Assembly (NCBI GenBank): GCA_037441845.1
Contig: JBBIRK010000002.1
Coordinates: 1 to 64,000, forward strand
DNA: 64,000 bases
Origin: Candidatus Zixiibacteriota bacterium
GTDB taxonomy: Bacteria > Zixibacteria > MSB-5A5 > UBA10806 > 4484-95
Direction: 5' to 3'
Shown here in pieces: positions 47,784-57,890 of the stretch (position 1 is the stretch's first letter; the number at the start of each line of letters is the position of its first letter). The position numbers and the translations under genes are program-made. The notes under the pieces are model-generated. The model made no database searches. It was not told the origin of the DNA and saw nothing but the letters and a program-made list of their open reading frames with translations.

Positions 47784-47960
47784 CTGGACCTCCCTAAATC
47801 AGGTTCGTTACACGCTGTCGTTATCGCATCATGCCGGAATTTTGTCAAGATTATTTTGGCCGGATAACCCGAACGTTACCCTGGTTGCGGCGGAACTGAA
47901 ACGACATGGCTCTGGTTTGCACTCATGATCGTGAATGAGCAAATACAATCGGAGGTAACG

Positions 47961-48848
47961 ATGTTCGTCATAACCGGAGCCGGAGGAAACACCGGATCGA
48001 AAATCGCCGGCAGGCTGCTTACCGTCGGCAAGAAAGTCCGCATCATAACCAGAAGCCGATCCAAAGTGCAATCCCTTATCGATCAGGGCGCCGAATACGC
48101 CCCTATAGATTTGAACGATACCGACTCCCTTACCGCCGCCATCCGCGGGGCAAGCGGAGTTTACGCCATGATTCCCCCGAACTATTCGGCTCCCGATTTC
48201 CGCGGCTATCAAAACAAAATCGGCGACTCGATAGCCACCGCGATTCGTCGGGCCGGCGTTACTCACGTGATAAATCTAAGCAGTATCGGCGCCCATATGG
48301 GCTATGGCACCGGCGTCCTGCTCGGCTTACACGACCAGGAGGAAAGGCTGAACGCAATCGACGGCGTGGCCGTTTTGAATCTGCGGCCCGGGTTTTTCAT
48401 GGAAAACTTCCTTTGGCAGATCGACCTGATCAAAACCAAAGGAATAATGGGAGCGCCCCAGAAAGCGGATTTGCCGCTTCCGTTTATCGCCACCGCAGAT
48501 ATCGCCGATTATGCCGTTCAACGTTTTCTCAAACTCGATTTCACCGGCAAGACGAACCGGGAACTGCTCGGCCAACGCGACCTGACCATGAGCCAATGCG
48601 CCGCCATTTTGGGCAACAGTATCGGCAGACCCGATCTGCCATATGTCGAATTCCCCTGCGAAGACACGAAAAAAGCTTTCATCGCCCAAGGGATGTCGGC
48701 GGACGCCGCGGATAAATTGGTCGAATTGCAACAGGCGTTCAACGAGGGTTTGGCAAGACCCACGGAGCCGCGGGGAAACGCCAACACTACCGCCACCTCG
48801 CTCGAACGATTTTCGAGTCTGTTCAAAGCAGCTTTCGACGGCCGATAA
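47961..48848 (+). CDS. NmrA-family NAD(P)-binding protein
   Basis: ITGAGGNTG, LSSIGA, LRPGFFMEN, IATADIA; ATG 47961 after GGAGG. Confidence 0.9.
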   Translation: MFVITGAGGNTGSKIAGRLLTVGKKVRIITRSRSKVQSLIDQGAEYAPIDLNDTDSLTAAIRGASGVYAMIPPNYSAPDFRGYQNKIGDSIATAIRRAGVTHVINLSSIGAHMGYGTGVLLGLHDQEERLNAIDGVAVLNLRPGFFMENFLWQIDLIKTKGIMGAPQKADLPLPFIATADIADYAVQRFLKLDFTGKTNRELLGQRDLTMSQCAAILGNSIGRPDLPYVEFPCEDTKKAFIAQGMSADAADKLVELQQAFNEGLARPTEPRGNANTTATSLERFSSLFKAAFDGR

Positions 48849-48857
48849 AACCGGCGG

Positions 48858-49598
48858 TTATTCGAGCGTGGCCACAATCATCAAACCCTCGCGGCCGTCG
48901 TGGTAGATCGGGTGGGGAATCCATTCGTATCTGAAACCGGCCTGGCGAAGACACTCTTCCCAGATTTTTTTCGAAAATATGCCGATCAGATGCGTTTCAT
49001 GTAAAACTTCGACTTTGCCGTCACGCCGGATAACATAAATCATAAGGCAATCGAGCGTGGTATCGGAGGGATTCGGATCATATTCGTGCTGAACGAATGT
49101 TAATTCGGTTCCATTGAGAGATCGGTTGCAATGCCAGGTGGTCGGCTTGACCGGAAAATCCGAAAGCCATTCCGGCGCGGTGACGAAAATACCGCCTCGG
49201 TTAAGATGCGATGCCGCCGTATCGATAGTGCTCTGCAAGTCGGCCCGGGTCAGCATATAACCTATGGCGTCATGAATGATGACGGCGTCGAATCTGCGGC
49301 CCAGCCGCACAGTGCGCATATCGCCGACTATATGCTCGACATCCGGATTTCTTTGCCGAGAGTGGGCAAGCATTTTATCGGATAAATCGACCGCGGTGGC
49401 TTGGAAATCCGAGGTGAGATGCGACAAATTGTCGCCGCCGCCTACTCCTAATTCGAGAATATGGTGTCTTCCCGGCCCGAGTCTGTCCCGTAACGCCTTT
49501 TTCCAGAACTGCGCCTCGAAAGCATAGTCCTCCGGCGAACTCACCAACGGCCAGAGATCCGATAATTTATCGTAAAGTAAATAAGGCGGCTGGTCCAT
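48858..49598 (-). CDS. Class I SAM-dependent methyltransferase
   Basis: ILELGVGGG, VDLSDKML, GDMRTVRLGRRFDAV. Confidence 0.9.
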   Translation of the reverse strand: MDQPPYLLYDKLSDLWPLVSSPEDYAFEAQFWKKALRDRLGPGRHHILELGVGGGDNLSHLTSDFQATAVDLSDKMLAHSRQRNPDVEHIVGDMRTVRLGRRFDAVIIHDAIGYMLTRADLQSTIDTAASHLNRGGIFVTAPEWLSDFPVKPTTWHCNRSLNGTELTFVQHEYDPNPSDTTLDCLMIYVIRRDGKVEVLHETHLIGIFSKKIWEECLRQAGFRYEWIPHPIYHDGREGLMIVATLE

Positions 49599-49712
49599 GC
49601 TACGATTTCAACCGCCTTATGCCGCTTGATAGTCGATCGTAATATGGAAACGCGTCAATCATAAGCGCATAATGACATTCGCCTCCTGCGGATTCAAACC
49701 TTGCATCTCCTA

Positions 49713-50189
49713 TCATCGCAATTTCCTTTTTAGCATCTCCGCCACCTTTTTGTCAACGAACATCTCGACTTCTCCCTCGAACCGGGCGATGTCCTTTATT
49801 AATGTCGATGACAGGTAGGCATACTTGCCGCGCGGCATCAAAAAGACCGTTTCTATTTCCGGCACCAACCTGCGATTCATCAAGGCCATCTGGAATTCGT
49901 ATTCGAAGTCGGATACGGCGCGCAGACCGCGGATGATGGCGGCGACCTTATTCTGACGGGCATAATGGGCGGTCAATCCCTTGAACGAGGTGACCTCAAC
50001 CCGCTGCAGACCGGCGGTTGACTGCCGCAGCATTTCCACCCTCTCCTCGGCCGAAAACGTGGTTTTTTTCGATGGGTTCTCGGCCACCGCCACGATAAGC
50101 CGATCGAAAAGCAATAATGCTCGATGAATTATATCGATATGACCATTGGTGACCGGATCGAAAGTGCCCGGATACAACGCCGTTCTCAT
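49713..50189 (-). CDS. coaD: Phosphopantetheine adenylyltransferase
   Basis: YPGTFDPVTNGHIDII, IRGLRAVSDFEYE, LSST. Confidence 0.98.
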   Translation of the reverse strand: MRTALYPGTFDPVTNGHIDIIHRALLLFDRLIVAVAENPSKKTTFSAEERVEMLRQSTAGLQRVEVTSFKGLTAHYARQNKVAAIIRGLRAVSDFEYEFQMALMNRRLVPEIETVFLMPRGKYAYLSSTLIKDIARFEGEVEMFVDKKVAEMLKRKLR

Positions 50190-50737
50190 AATTTTCCCTC
50201 ATTTATGAAAATTTCGACGACCGTTTGTCCGAATTTCAATAGGCGCAAAAGCCGTAATCCCCCGCTATCGAAAACCTCTTTGGCCTGATGCTCATATACG
50301 AACAATCCCCCTTCGGCCAATTTTTTTTGCCCGAGCAGTAGTTTCACCAGTCGATTTCCGCACTCGAGATCATAGGGTGGATCGGCGAATACGAGATCGA
50401 ATTCCATTCCCCGCCATTTGTCGCTTGAACCGAGAATATCGACTCTAACGAATTCCGCTTGTGATTCTATTCCTAGAAAGGCCACGTTCTTTCTGGCGAT
50501 ATCGAGATTGGTCTTGGAAATATCGATGAAAGTCGCTTTCAGCGCCCCGCGTGAGATCGCCTCGATTCCGAGCGAGCCGGTGCCGCAGAAAAGATCCGCC
50601 ACCTCCCGTTGGATTACATCGTCTCCCAGCACATTGAAAATCGATTCTTTCACTCGATCGAGCGTCGGCCTGAACGCAAGGCCTCTGGCTCCGTGAAGTT
50701 TTCTGCCGCCATATTTACCGGCTATCACCCGCAGCAC
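50186..50737 (-). CDS. rsmD: 16S rRNA m2G966 methyltransferase
   Basis: LRVIAGKYGGRKL, RPTLDRVKESIFN, DLFCGTGSLGIEAISRGA, FADPPY; GTG start 50737. Confidence 0.95.
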   Translation of the reverse strand: MLRVIAGKYGGRKLHGARGLAFRPTLDRVKESIFNVLGDDVIQREVADLFCGTGSLGIEAISRGALKATFIDISKTNLDIARKNVAFLGIESQAEFVRVDILGSSDKWRGMEFDLVFADPPYDLECGNRLVKLLLGQKKLAEGGLFVYEHQAKEVFDSGGLRLLRLLKFGQTVVEIFINEGKL

Positions 50738-50738
50738 T

Positions 50739-51545
50739 TCATTCGCCCCATAGACAAAGCCCGGCGGCCGTGTAGAATTCCGCCGGAATCGAACCGAGAG
50801 TTTGATCGATTTCGAACCTATCCGCCCAATCGAGGGTTCCGATACGCCCGCCAAGCGAAAGATCGCCCCCCAAAAGCAACGCCGGACGTTCGTCTTCGAT
50901 AGCATACCCCATGATATAATACATGCACTCCTCGGCGAAATCGAAACTATCGAAAGTCAAATAACGAGAGGCGACGAAATCGTTATCGCGCGCCACCACG
51001 ACAGCGGCCCCGCCCTGCTCGAAAAAAACGACCGCCGACAAACCGCTGCCTTTTTGGACGAATGCGAGAATTCCATACAGAGCGATCGCCTGCGGATAAA
51101 TCACGGTTTTTTTCGATTCATCCGCCTCCGCCAATTTTTTCAGCGCATCGTAAATCTCGGCCGGCACGGCGAAAAAGAGATTTTTCGTCTTTTTGCCGTC
51201 GAAACTATCACCCAGCTTGATAAACCCTCTGGCGAAATTGCCCAGCTCCGATGGCAGCTGCTGCTCGGCCATCCAATCGATAAAGTCCGAGCCGAAACGC
51301 TCCGCTCCCAGTTTATCGATATTCACGATCCGATTCAACGAACGCCGCATGGGCAACGACAGCAGGATTATATCTGAATTTTCATACGAATCGGAATGAT
51401 CCGGTCCGAGCAACTCCTTAAGCGTTTCGGCCCTATGGATCCGCTCATTGCCATCAAGAATGATCCTTCTGCATTCGATTGCAGAATCGCCCGCGGCTGC
51501 GATCGCGATCGATGAATCCGTTATTTCGAGACCGAGTTTCTTCAA
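50739..51545 (-). CDS. Hypothetical protein, PilM/actin-fold-like
   Basis: Likely TTG start overlapping the comEA stop; LGLEITDSSIAIA, LLLGGD and TAAGLCL resemble PilM/GspL-type folds. Confidence 0.55.
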   Translation of the reverse strand: MKKLGLEITDSSIAIAAAGDSAIECRRIILDGNERIHRAETLKELLGPDHSDSYENSDIILLSLPMRRSLNRIVNIDKLGAERFGSDFIDWMAEQQLPSELGNFARGFIKLGDSFDGKKTKNLFFAVPAEIYDALKKLAEADESKKTVIYPQAIALYGILAFVQKGSGLSAVVFFEQGGAAVVVARDNDFVASRYLTFDSFDFAEECMYYIMGYAIEDERPALLLGGDLSLGGRIGTLDWADRFEIDQTLGSIPAEFYTAAGLCLWGE

Positions 51546-52033
51546 AATTCCAGATACCGTTCTATCTGCTCGAGCTTCCCTCTTCCGATCCCTCGGACAC
51601 AAAGCAAGTCTTGGGCGCAACTGAAATAATTACCCGAGTCCCGGTAGGCGATAATCCGCTGGGCCAACACCGGACCGATTCCCGGCAATCTCAGCAATGC
51701 GCTTTCATCCGCAGTATTCGGGTTTATGATCAACGGTCCCGTATCTTCGTGGGCTTTCTTGGCCGCCCGGGCCGGCGATTCTTTCTTGGCGGATACAGGC
51801 GCCGCAGTCGGTGCAGGCTGCCTTTCTCTCACGACAACTTTCTCGGCGGCCGGATATGCTCCGGTTTCCCTCTGGGTCAAGAGGGTGGTGTGCCGATAAC
51901 CATCGAGAAAACCCTTCAAGTCAATATCCAATGCCCGCCGCTGCCTGTCTATCATTTTCAATCCCAACCCGGCGAGAATGATAAATATCAGCGCCAAAAG
52001 CAGGCGTCTCTGGGAATGATTCAATAAAGTCAT
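51542..52033 (-). CDS. comEA: ComEA-family helix-hairpin-helix DNA-binding protein
   Basis: N-terminal TM; INPNTADESALLRLPGIGPVLAQRIIAYR...VRGIG. Confidence 0.9.
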   Translation of the reverse strand: MTLLNHSQRRLLLALIFIILAGLGLKMIDRQRRALDIDLKGFLDGYRHTTLLTQRETGAYPAAEKVVVRERQPAPTAAPVSAKKESPARAAKKAHEDTGPLIINPNTADESALLRLPGIGPVLAQRIIAYRDSGNYFSCAQDLLCVRGIGRGKLEQIERYLEF

Positions 52034-52137
52034 GGATAAAAAAACTATCGTTTTCGACGGATAAAGTCAAGCCAATGATATGCACCGGCTGATAGATAGT
52101 CCCAAGCGGAGGTGCGAGTCCGCCGGCCGAAAACCGC

Positions 52138-53385
52138 TCAGTAGATTTTCCTGAATTTTATACCTTTATAATAAGTCTTCAGTATCTTCTCCCAGTCTTG
52201 GCCGGCGCGTGCCCGCCCTATCGCCCCGCACTGACACATGCCGACTCCGTGGCCGTTGCCTTTCCCCTCAAGCGTAAGGCTGAGGATTTCCTTGCCCTGG
52301 CGCGAGGCGAACGCATCAAATCTGGTCGAGGGTAGGATGGCGCCGGGCGGGGATTTCCGTCGCAGCGCCCAACGTATTTTGTCGCTTCCTATCTTGAAAG
52401 TCCCGGTGCTGGTTTGAATAACCATTTCCGACATTCGTCGGCTTTGTACGTCTTGATGAAACTGGATATCGATCAGCCTGCCGAAACCTTTCGCTGGAAG
52501 GCGCCCCTGTTCCGCCAGATAATTGCTTAAATTTATGTTGAGGTCGTTCAACTCGAAATTCTCCGCCCATGAATACGATTTCGCCCAACTGCAATAGAGC
52601 GAATCGTCCACCTGCTTCAAATAGGGCATCCTTTTCCCTCCCCAGGCTTTTTCCCTGCCGATAGTCGACCCGCCGCAGACGGCGTGGTAATAAGCCGCGA
52701 TCGGTTCATTTTTGTGAACCATCACCAACCCTTCGGTCTCCTCAACCGCCATATTGTGTAAAGGGAATTCCGCACCCGCTCCGAGATAAACTTGATCCTC
52801 GATAGTCGGCTGCAGATGACCTCCTCCGTCCGAGTATAATCTCCAGATCGCGTAAGTGCGGGCGGCCACCGCCTGAGCTTTAAGCGCCTCGAATTCGTTT
52901 TCCGCCCGCTGACCGAGCTCGGCCGGCAACACCCCTTTGAGGTAATCTTCCATATCGACGACGTTGATCACCGCGATTTTGGCCTTATCCCTGCTATTTT
53001 CCGGCAACGATACTATTCTGCACTCGATCGTCCCTTTATAAATTTTATCCCCATATCCCAGAACCTGATTGGGAAAACGCGGCCTAAAATACAGATGCGA
53101 AAGTCCTCTGGCGAAAACTCCGTTTTCGTCTCTAACCATAAAGCCCGATCGATCGGCATCGACCTCGATTGACGACGATGAATAATAAATATCGGCCGGC
53201 TGGTTTTCCCGCCAGGTTTCGATAATGAATTCGCCCGGAGCGCTTAATTTCGGATTGCTTGTCTGCGCCAATATCACACGTACCTGACGGCTGTAGTTTG
53301 CTTCCTCGGCGCAGGCGATGCCGCAGGCACAAAGAAAAATCACGGCGATAAACGAACCGGTCGCGCATCTGATCAAGCTGGACAT
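52138..53385 (-). CDS. SpoIID/LytB-domain lytic transglycosylase
   Basis: EDYLKGVLPAE, EALKAQAVAARTYA, DQVY, GHGVGMCQCGA. Confidence 0.93.
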   Translation of the reverse strand: MSSLIRCATGSFIAVIFLCACGIACAEEANYSRQVRVILAQTSNPKLSAPGEFIIETWRENQPADIYYSSSSIEVDADRSGFMVRDENGVFARGLSHLYFRPRFPNQVLGYGDKIYKGTIECRIVSLPENSRDKAKIAVINVVDMEDYLKGVLPAELGQRAENEFEALKAQAVAARTYAIWRLYSDGGGHLQPTIEDQVYLGAGAEFPLHNMAVEETEGLVMVHKNEPIAAYYHAVCGGSTIGREKAWGGKRMPYLKQVDDSLYCSWAKSYSWAENFELNDLNINLSNYLAEQGRLPAKGFGRLIDIQFHQDVQSRRMSEMVIQTSTGTFKIGSDKIRWALRRKSPPGAILPSTRFDAFASRQGKEILSLTLEGKGNGHGVGMCQCGAIGRARAGQDWEKILKTYYKGIKFRKIY

Positions 53386-54569
53386 ATTTTCCCTAAAATC
53401 ACCGCTTTTTTCGCGCCGGTTATGGTTGACAGATCATATCGGTTCCCGGCCACCGCCTCATTGGCGAAAACTGCGAAACTGACCGCCTCGAGATATTCGG
53501 CGGGGAAACCGAATTCATCGGCGAATTTGATTTTCTGTCGCATTCGCTTTTCTATTTCCGCAATCAAATGCCGATTGCGCGCCCCTCCTCCGGTCAAAAT
53601 CAATGTCTTGAATTTCCAGCGGTTCAGCTCGACACAATCGAAAACCGCTTGAGCCGACAGCGACGCAGCAGTGGCAAGTATATCGTGATCGCCGAGCCCG
53701 GCCCGGCGGCAATCCGCCTCGAATCGCCGGCAGAATCCATCGCCGAACATCTCCCGGCCGGCAGACCTCGGACCTTTCAGTCCGAAAAAACCTCTTGCGA
53801 GCACCCGCCTGATTATTCCTTGATCGGGCGCTCCTCTGATCGCGAGCAGACCGTCTTTGTCATAGCGTTTCCCGAACAATTTTGCGGCGAAATGATCGAT
53901 TACCATGTTTCCCGGCCCGCAATCACAGCCGAATATTTTCAACTTCGATCCGGATCGTTTGAGCACGGTGATATTGGCGATTCCACCTATATTAAGAATC
54001 GCGATATCGCCGGGAACTTTTCCGAATAGAAGCGCATTGGCGATCGGGGTCAAAGGCGCGCCTTGCCCGCCGGCGGCTATATCGGCGATCCGAAAATCGC
54101 CCACCACCGGGATGCCGATCGCCACCGCGATCCGCGTGGGGTCGCCGAGCTGCACCGTGATTGTAGAGTTACCTCGGCCGGGAAGGTGACGGATAGTCTG
54201 GCCATGCGACCCGATCAGGTCCACTTTCAAACCGAGACTTTCGGAGGTCTTGATCATTTTCCCTGCGGCCCGCACAAATTCCCGGGCAAGAACCAAATTC
54301 AATTTCTGCCATTCCAGCGCGCCGTCGAATTCAGGTTGGGCGCAGTGCTTGATCCACTGCGACAGCTCCCTATTGAATCGGAATTTCCTGCCGAAAATCA
54401 GCTTCACCCGACAGCCGAAACCAGCGCCGTCTATCCGAACCAATGCGGCATCTATACCATCGGCCGAGGTGCCGCTGTTCAGCCCGATTACATATTTCCG
54501 CTTTTTGTTCTTCAGATCAAACAAGTTGAGTTTCGCCGGCACGTCGGATTCTTTCGATCGCTTTTTCAT
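53373..54569 (-). CDS. anmK: Anhydro-N-acetylmuramic acid kinase
   Basis: IGLNSGTSADGID, GSHGQT, DFRIADIAAGGQGAPL, LNIGGIAN, DCGPGN, GGGARN. Confidence 0.96.
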   Translation of the reverse strand: MKKRSKESDVPAKLNLFDLKNKKRKYVIGLNSGTSADGIDAALVRIDGAGFGCRVKLIFGRKFRFNRELSQWIKHCAQPEFDGALEWQKLNLVLAREFVRAAGKMIKTSESLGLKVDLIGSHGQTIRHLPGRGNSTITVQLGDPTRIAVAIGIPVVGDFRIADIAAGGQGAPLTPIANALLFGKVPGDIAILNIGGIANITVLKRSGSKLKIFGCDCGPGNMVIDHFAAKLFGKRYDKDGLLAIRGAPDQGIIRRVLARGFFGLKGPRSAGREMFGDGFCRRFEADCRRAGLGDHDILATAASLSAQAVFDCVELNRWKFKTLILTGGGARNRHLIAEIEKRMRQKIKFADEFGFPAEYLEAVSFAVFANEAVAGNRYDLSTITGAKKAVILGKICPA

Positions 54570-55464
54570 GCCCCGATTTCACGAGCCTGTGGATATTATC
54601 TTGAAGATATTTCACGATTGTCGGATAACGTTGGTTATCGTGGCAGATCAATGCCATATCATGCCCGGCGCAAAGCGCTTCGAGCGCCAATTCCTCTACC
54701 GGCCGAAGCGATCTGACCGCCCCCATGGATAAATCATCGGTCAGCAATACCCCCTCGAAACCGAGATTCCTGGCCGATCGGCAAACCTTTGCAGAAAAAG
54801 TCGCCGGTCGATCGTCGATCGCGGTCATCAGCAGATGCGTCGTCATCATGAACCCGATGCCGTCTGCGATCGCCGCCCTGAATGGAACCAGATCATGCGA
54901 TTCGATCCTTCCCAAGGGAATGCAAGTAACCGCCATATGCAAATGAGGATCGTTCACCGCCGACCCGAGTCCGGGAAAATGCTTGATACAACAGGCGATT
55001 CCACTGGCGGCGAACGCCCGATAAAAACGCCGGCAATATAGGGCCACGGCGTCGGCGTCATCGGAAAAAGTGCGATCATGCAACGCCGGATTCTGAGGCT
55101 CGTATTTGAGATCGGCCACCGGTGCAAAGTTTAAGTTAATTCCCAGATTCCGCATGCGTGCGCCGACTTCGGCAATGTCTGTATCGAGCCTGTCGAGATC
55201 GTCGCGGTATGACGCCGGGGCGTCGAGATCTCCCAACAAATTCCTCAAACGCCTTACCCGCCCCCCCTCGTAATCGACCGCAATCAGCCCCGGCAACCGG
55301 CCGCGCCTTTTTAATTCGCCTAGCAATCCCAGCGATCCGGATTCCCCGGCGTTGCGATCGAACAAAATTATGCCACCGAACTCGTATCGGGAAAACAGCT
55401 CCATTTCGGCGGAGGTCAACCTGTCGGCTTCAACCCCGATTATCAGCCGAATAGATGGGTCCAC
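54517..55464 (-). CDS. nagZ: Beta-N-acetylhexosaminidase (GH3)
   Basis: GGIILFDRN, VDYEGGRV, NFAPVAD, KHFPGLG...DPH, TDDLSM; adjacent to anmK. Confidence 0.92.
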   Translation of the reverse strand: MDPSIRLIIGVEADRLTSAEMELFSRYEFGGIILFDRNAGESGSLGLLGELKRRGRLPGLIAVDYEGGRVRRLRNLLGDLDAPASYRDDLDRLDTDIAEVGARMRNLGINLNFAPVADLKYEPQNPALHDRTFSDDADAVALYCRRFYRAFAASGIACCIKHFPGLGSAVNDPHLHMAVTCIPLGRIESHDLVPFRAAIADGIGFMMTTHLLMTAIDDRPATFSAKVCRSARNLGFEGVLLTDDLSMGAVRSLRPVEELALEALCAGHDMALICHDNQRYPTIVKYLQDNIHRLVKSGHEKAIERIRRAGETQLV

Positions 55465-55467
55465 CGA

Positions 55468-57015
55468 CTATTTCTTCTCCACAACCGCTTCCGCTTGGGA
55501 ATCGGAAACCATACAGACTCGGTTTCGGCCGCGATTTTTAGCCAGATAAAGGGCTTTATCGACCTTTTCCAACAACTGAGTCGCTGATAAACTACCATTC
55601 GGGTAAACCGCTATACCGATTGATATTGTGGCCTTTATATGACGTTGTCCTTGAGAGTTGGAGAAAAACGATTGGTCGATCTGGCTGCGTATCCGCTCGG
55701 CGATCATGCGGGCGTTGTCGGCATCGGTTTGGGGCAGAATTATCATGAACTCCTCGCCGCCGTATCGAGCCACGATATCGACATCGCGCACCGCCTGTTT
55801 GATTACCGCGGCGATCTCCTGCAACACGATATTGCCGGTCTGATGCCCCTGGGAGTCGTTCAGCTCCTTGAAATGGTCGATATCGAGCATCAGAAGCGAC
55901 ATTTTCTGGTGATATCTGTCTGCCCTTCTCATCTCGTCGAACAACTTGTTGCGGAAATAGCGATAATTATACAATCCGGTCAATTCGTCGATAATCGTCA
56001 GGTCCTGCATTTTCTTATGCATCTTAGCATTGTCTATCGCGATCGCCGTCGAATTGGCGAATATGATCAGGCTGCGCCTATCCTTCTCGCTTATATCTCC
56101 GTGGCGCGGGGCTTCGATCTGCAGAATACCGAGCAGCTTGCCATGGGAAATCAACGGCAATTCGAGATCGAACGGCCTTTTCCGGGCCACCATTTTACCT
56201 CGTTCGCTTCCGATCAAACTCAGCTCGGCGGGCAGAAAATCGGAGACGACCAAAGGCGGATTGTACAACGTTTTTTTGCCCGACTGAAGTTCGGCGTGCA
56301 GATTCAGGTTCTTGCTGCTCGAATCGAGCAGAAGTATGGCGCATTTCCTGACCCTCAGAAGTTTATCCGCGATTTCCAGAACCTGCTCGAAAAGCTGCTC
56401 CAGATCCACTATCGCCGACAACACTTTGGTCGTCTCATACATGTTTTCCAGCAACACCTGAGACGATTCCAGCTCCCAGGTTCGTTCGTTGAGCGTATCG
56501 AGAGTTTTAAGCAGTCTTTTCTCCGAGGCTTTCATATGATGCGCCACCAGGTATCCGATACCTCCCAAAAGCCATATATAGAACACCCGCATCAATATTG
56601 TCAAAAGCATTTCCTGGCGGAAAGGAACGATCGCCGCCGTCATGTAGCTCAAAGAAAACAAGAGTGCCACCGTGGCCACCTTTTTGGCCGTCATATAGAC
56701 CGACAAAAGGCCCACCATCACATAGTATCCGAGAAACAATTCGCTTCCCGCACCGCCGTCGAGCATTACGGCCAGAGTCAAGAATATGGTATCGAAACCG
56801 AACAGCGAAAATAGTATTCTTTCGCTTTTTAGGGTGGTTTTGCTGTTGAGTAATAACATGACAAGATTGATCACTATATAGGCGGAAAACAGCAGGATAA
56901 ATTCCGGGAGACGGCCGTGCCGGTGCCAACCCGCATATACATATACCGCCGCCAAAGACACGAACACACCCTTGGCGGCCCAATAGATTTTCTCTATTTT
57001 CCCACCGAACTTCAT
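55468..57015 (-). CDS. Membrane GAF-GGDEF diguanylate cyclase
   Basis: TM region, GAF domain, DELTGLYN, DIDHFK, RDVD I-site, GGEEF. Confidence 0.94.
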   Translation of the reverse strand: MKFGGKIEKIYWAAKGVFVSLAAVYVYAGWHRHGRLPEFILLFSAYIVINLVMLLLNSKTTLKSERILFSLFGFDTIFLTLAVMLDGGAGSELFLGYYVMVGLLSVYMTAKKVATVALLFSLSYMTAAIVPFRQEMLLTILMRVFYIWLLGGIGYLVAHHMKASEKRLLKTLDTLNERTWELESSQVLLENMYETTKVLSAIVDLEQLFEQVLEIADKLLRVRKCAILLLDSSSKNLNLHAELQSGKKTLYNPPLVVSDFLPAELSLIGSERGKMVARKRPFDLELPLISHGKLLGILQIEAPRHGDISEKDRRSLIIFANSTAIAIDNAKMHKKMQDLTIIDELTGLYNYRYFRNKLFDEMRRADRYHQKMSLLMLDIDHFKELNDSQGHQTGNIVLQEIAAVIKQAVRDVDIVARYGGEEFMIILPQTDADNARMIAERIRSQIDQSFFSNSQGQRHIKATISIGIAVYPNGSLSATQLLEKVDKALYLAKNRGRNRVCMVSDSQAEAVVEKK

Positions 57016-57188
57016 CTTATGCCTGTATGTCCTTATATTTATATCGACAAGCCCCCGGCGAATTTAAGCCGCTTCTTCGGAAATCGGGCATTAGAAACGT
57101 CATCGAACCGTCGATATTTTGATTTGGGATCCGCCCCGCTATTGACATGTCAAACCGAAATCGGTATACTTTTTCATGGAGCGGGGAA

Positions 57189-57890
57189 ATGGAAAATAGG
57201 CCGGTGAACTCCGCCGCCAATGAAACAGACAACAAGCCGCTTTTAATCCTGCTGCTGGTTCCCGTTTTATTGACCTGCATGAGGTATTACGGCTGGGGCG
57301 ACTATTACGCACGCCTGACCGGAGACTTCAACTCGCCTTATCCGCAATACTATTACTTTCTCGCCTCGTTCTTGCTGTTGGGTATAATCCCTATCGTCAT
57401 CTGGCGATTCGGCTTCCGCCGATCATTAAAAGAAATGGGGATGGGGGCCGGCGACCTGGCTTATGGGGTCAAGCTCGCCGCCGCGGGAATTCCTTTGATG
57501 GTTGTCATCGCGTATTTTTCGGCGGGCGACTCCGAGTTCATCGCCGAATATCCGCTTTACCGCGGGCTTATCGACAATCGAACTGATATGATCCCGTATT
57601 TTATCCTCTATGGCTTCTACTATATCGGCTGGGAGGCTTTTTTCAGGGGATTCATGTTGTTCGGGCTTCGCAAACGTTTCGGCGATACGGCCGCCATTTT
57701 GATTCAAACCATTCCATCCTGCCTCATGCATATAGGCAAACCGAAAGCGGAGATATTCGCCTCGATCGTCGCCGGAATCGCATTCGGCTGGTTCGTGCTG
57801 CGTTGTCGCTCGATCTGGCCGATATTTCTTTGTCACTGGTGTCTGGGAGTATCGCTCGATATATTCATCATCGGCGGAGGTCCGCGTTGA
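57189..57890 (+). CDS. CPBP/Abi (CAAX protease-like) membrane protein
   Basis: WEAFFRG, HIGKPKAE, HW motifs; likely start ATG 57189. Confidence 0.85.
   Translation: MENRPVNSAANETDNKPLLILLLVPVLLTCMRYYGWGDYYARLTGDFNSPYPQYYYFLASFLLLGIIPIVIWRFGFRRSLKEMGMGAGDLAYGVKLAAAGIPLMVVIAYFSAGDSEFIAEYPLYRGLIDNRTDMIPYFILYGFYYIGWEAFFRGFMLFGLRKRFGDTAAILIQTIPSCLMHIGKPKAEIFASIVAGIAFGWFVLRCRSIWPIFLCHWCLGVSLDIFIIGGGPR

Noticed and set aside
51542..52033. comEA as part of the GTA-like system
   Set aside because: It lies in a housekeeping comEA-rsmD-coaD context 27 kb away; no sequence evidence of a link.
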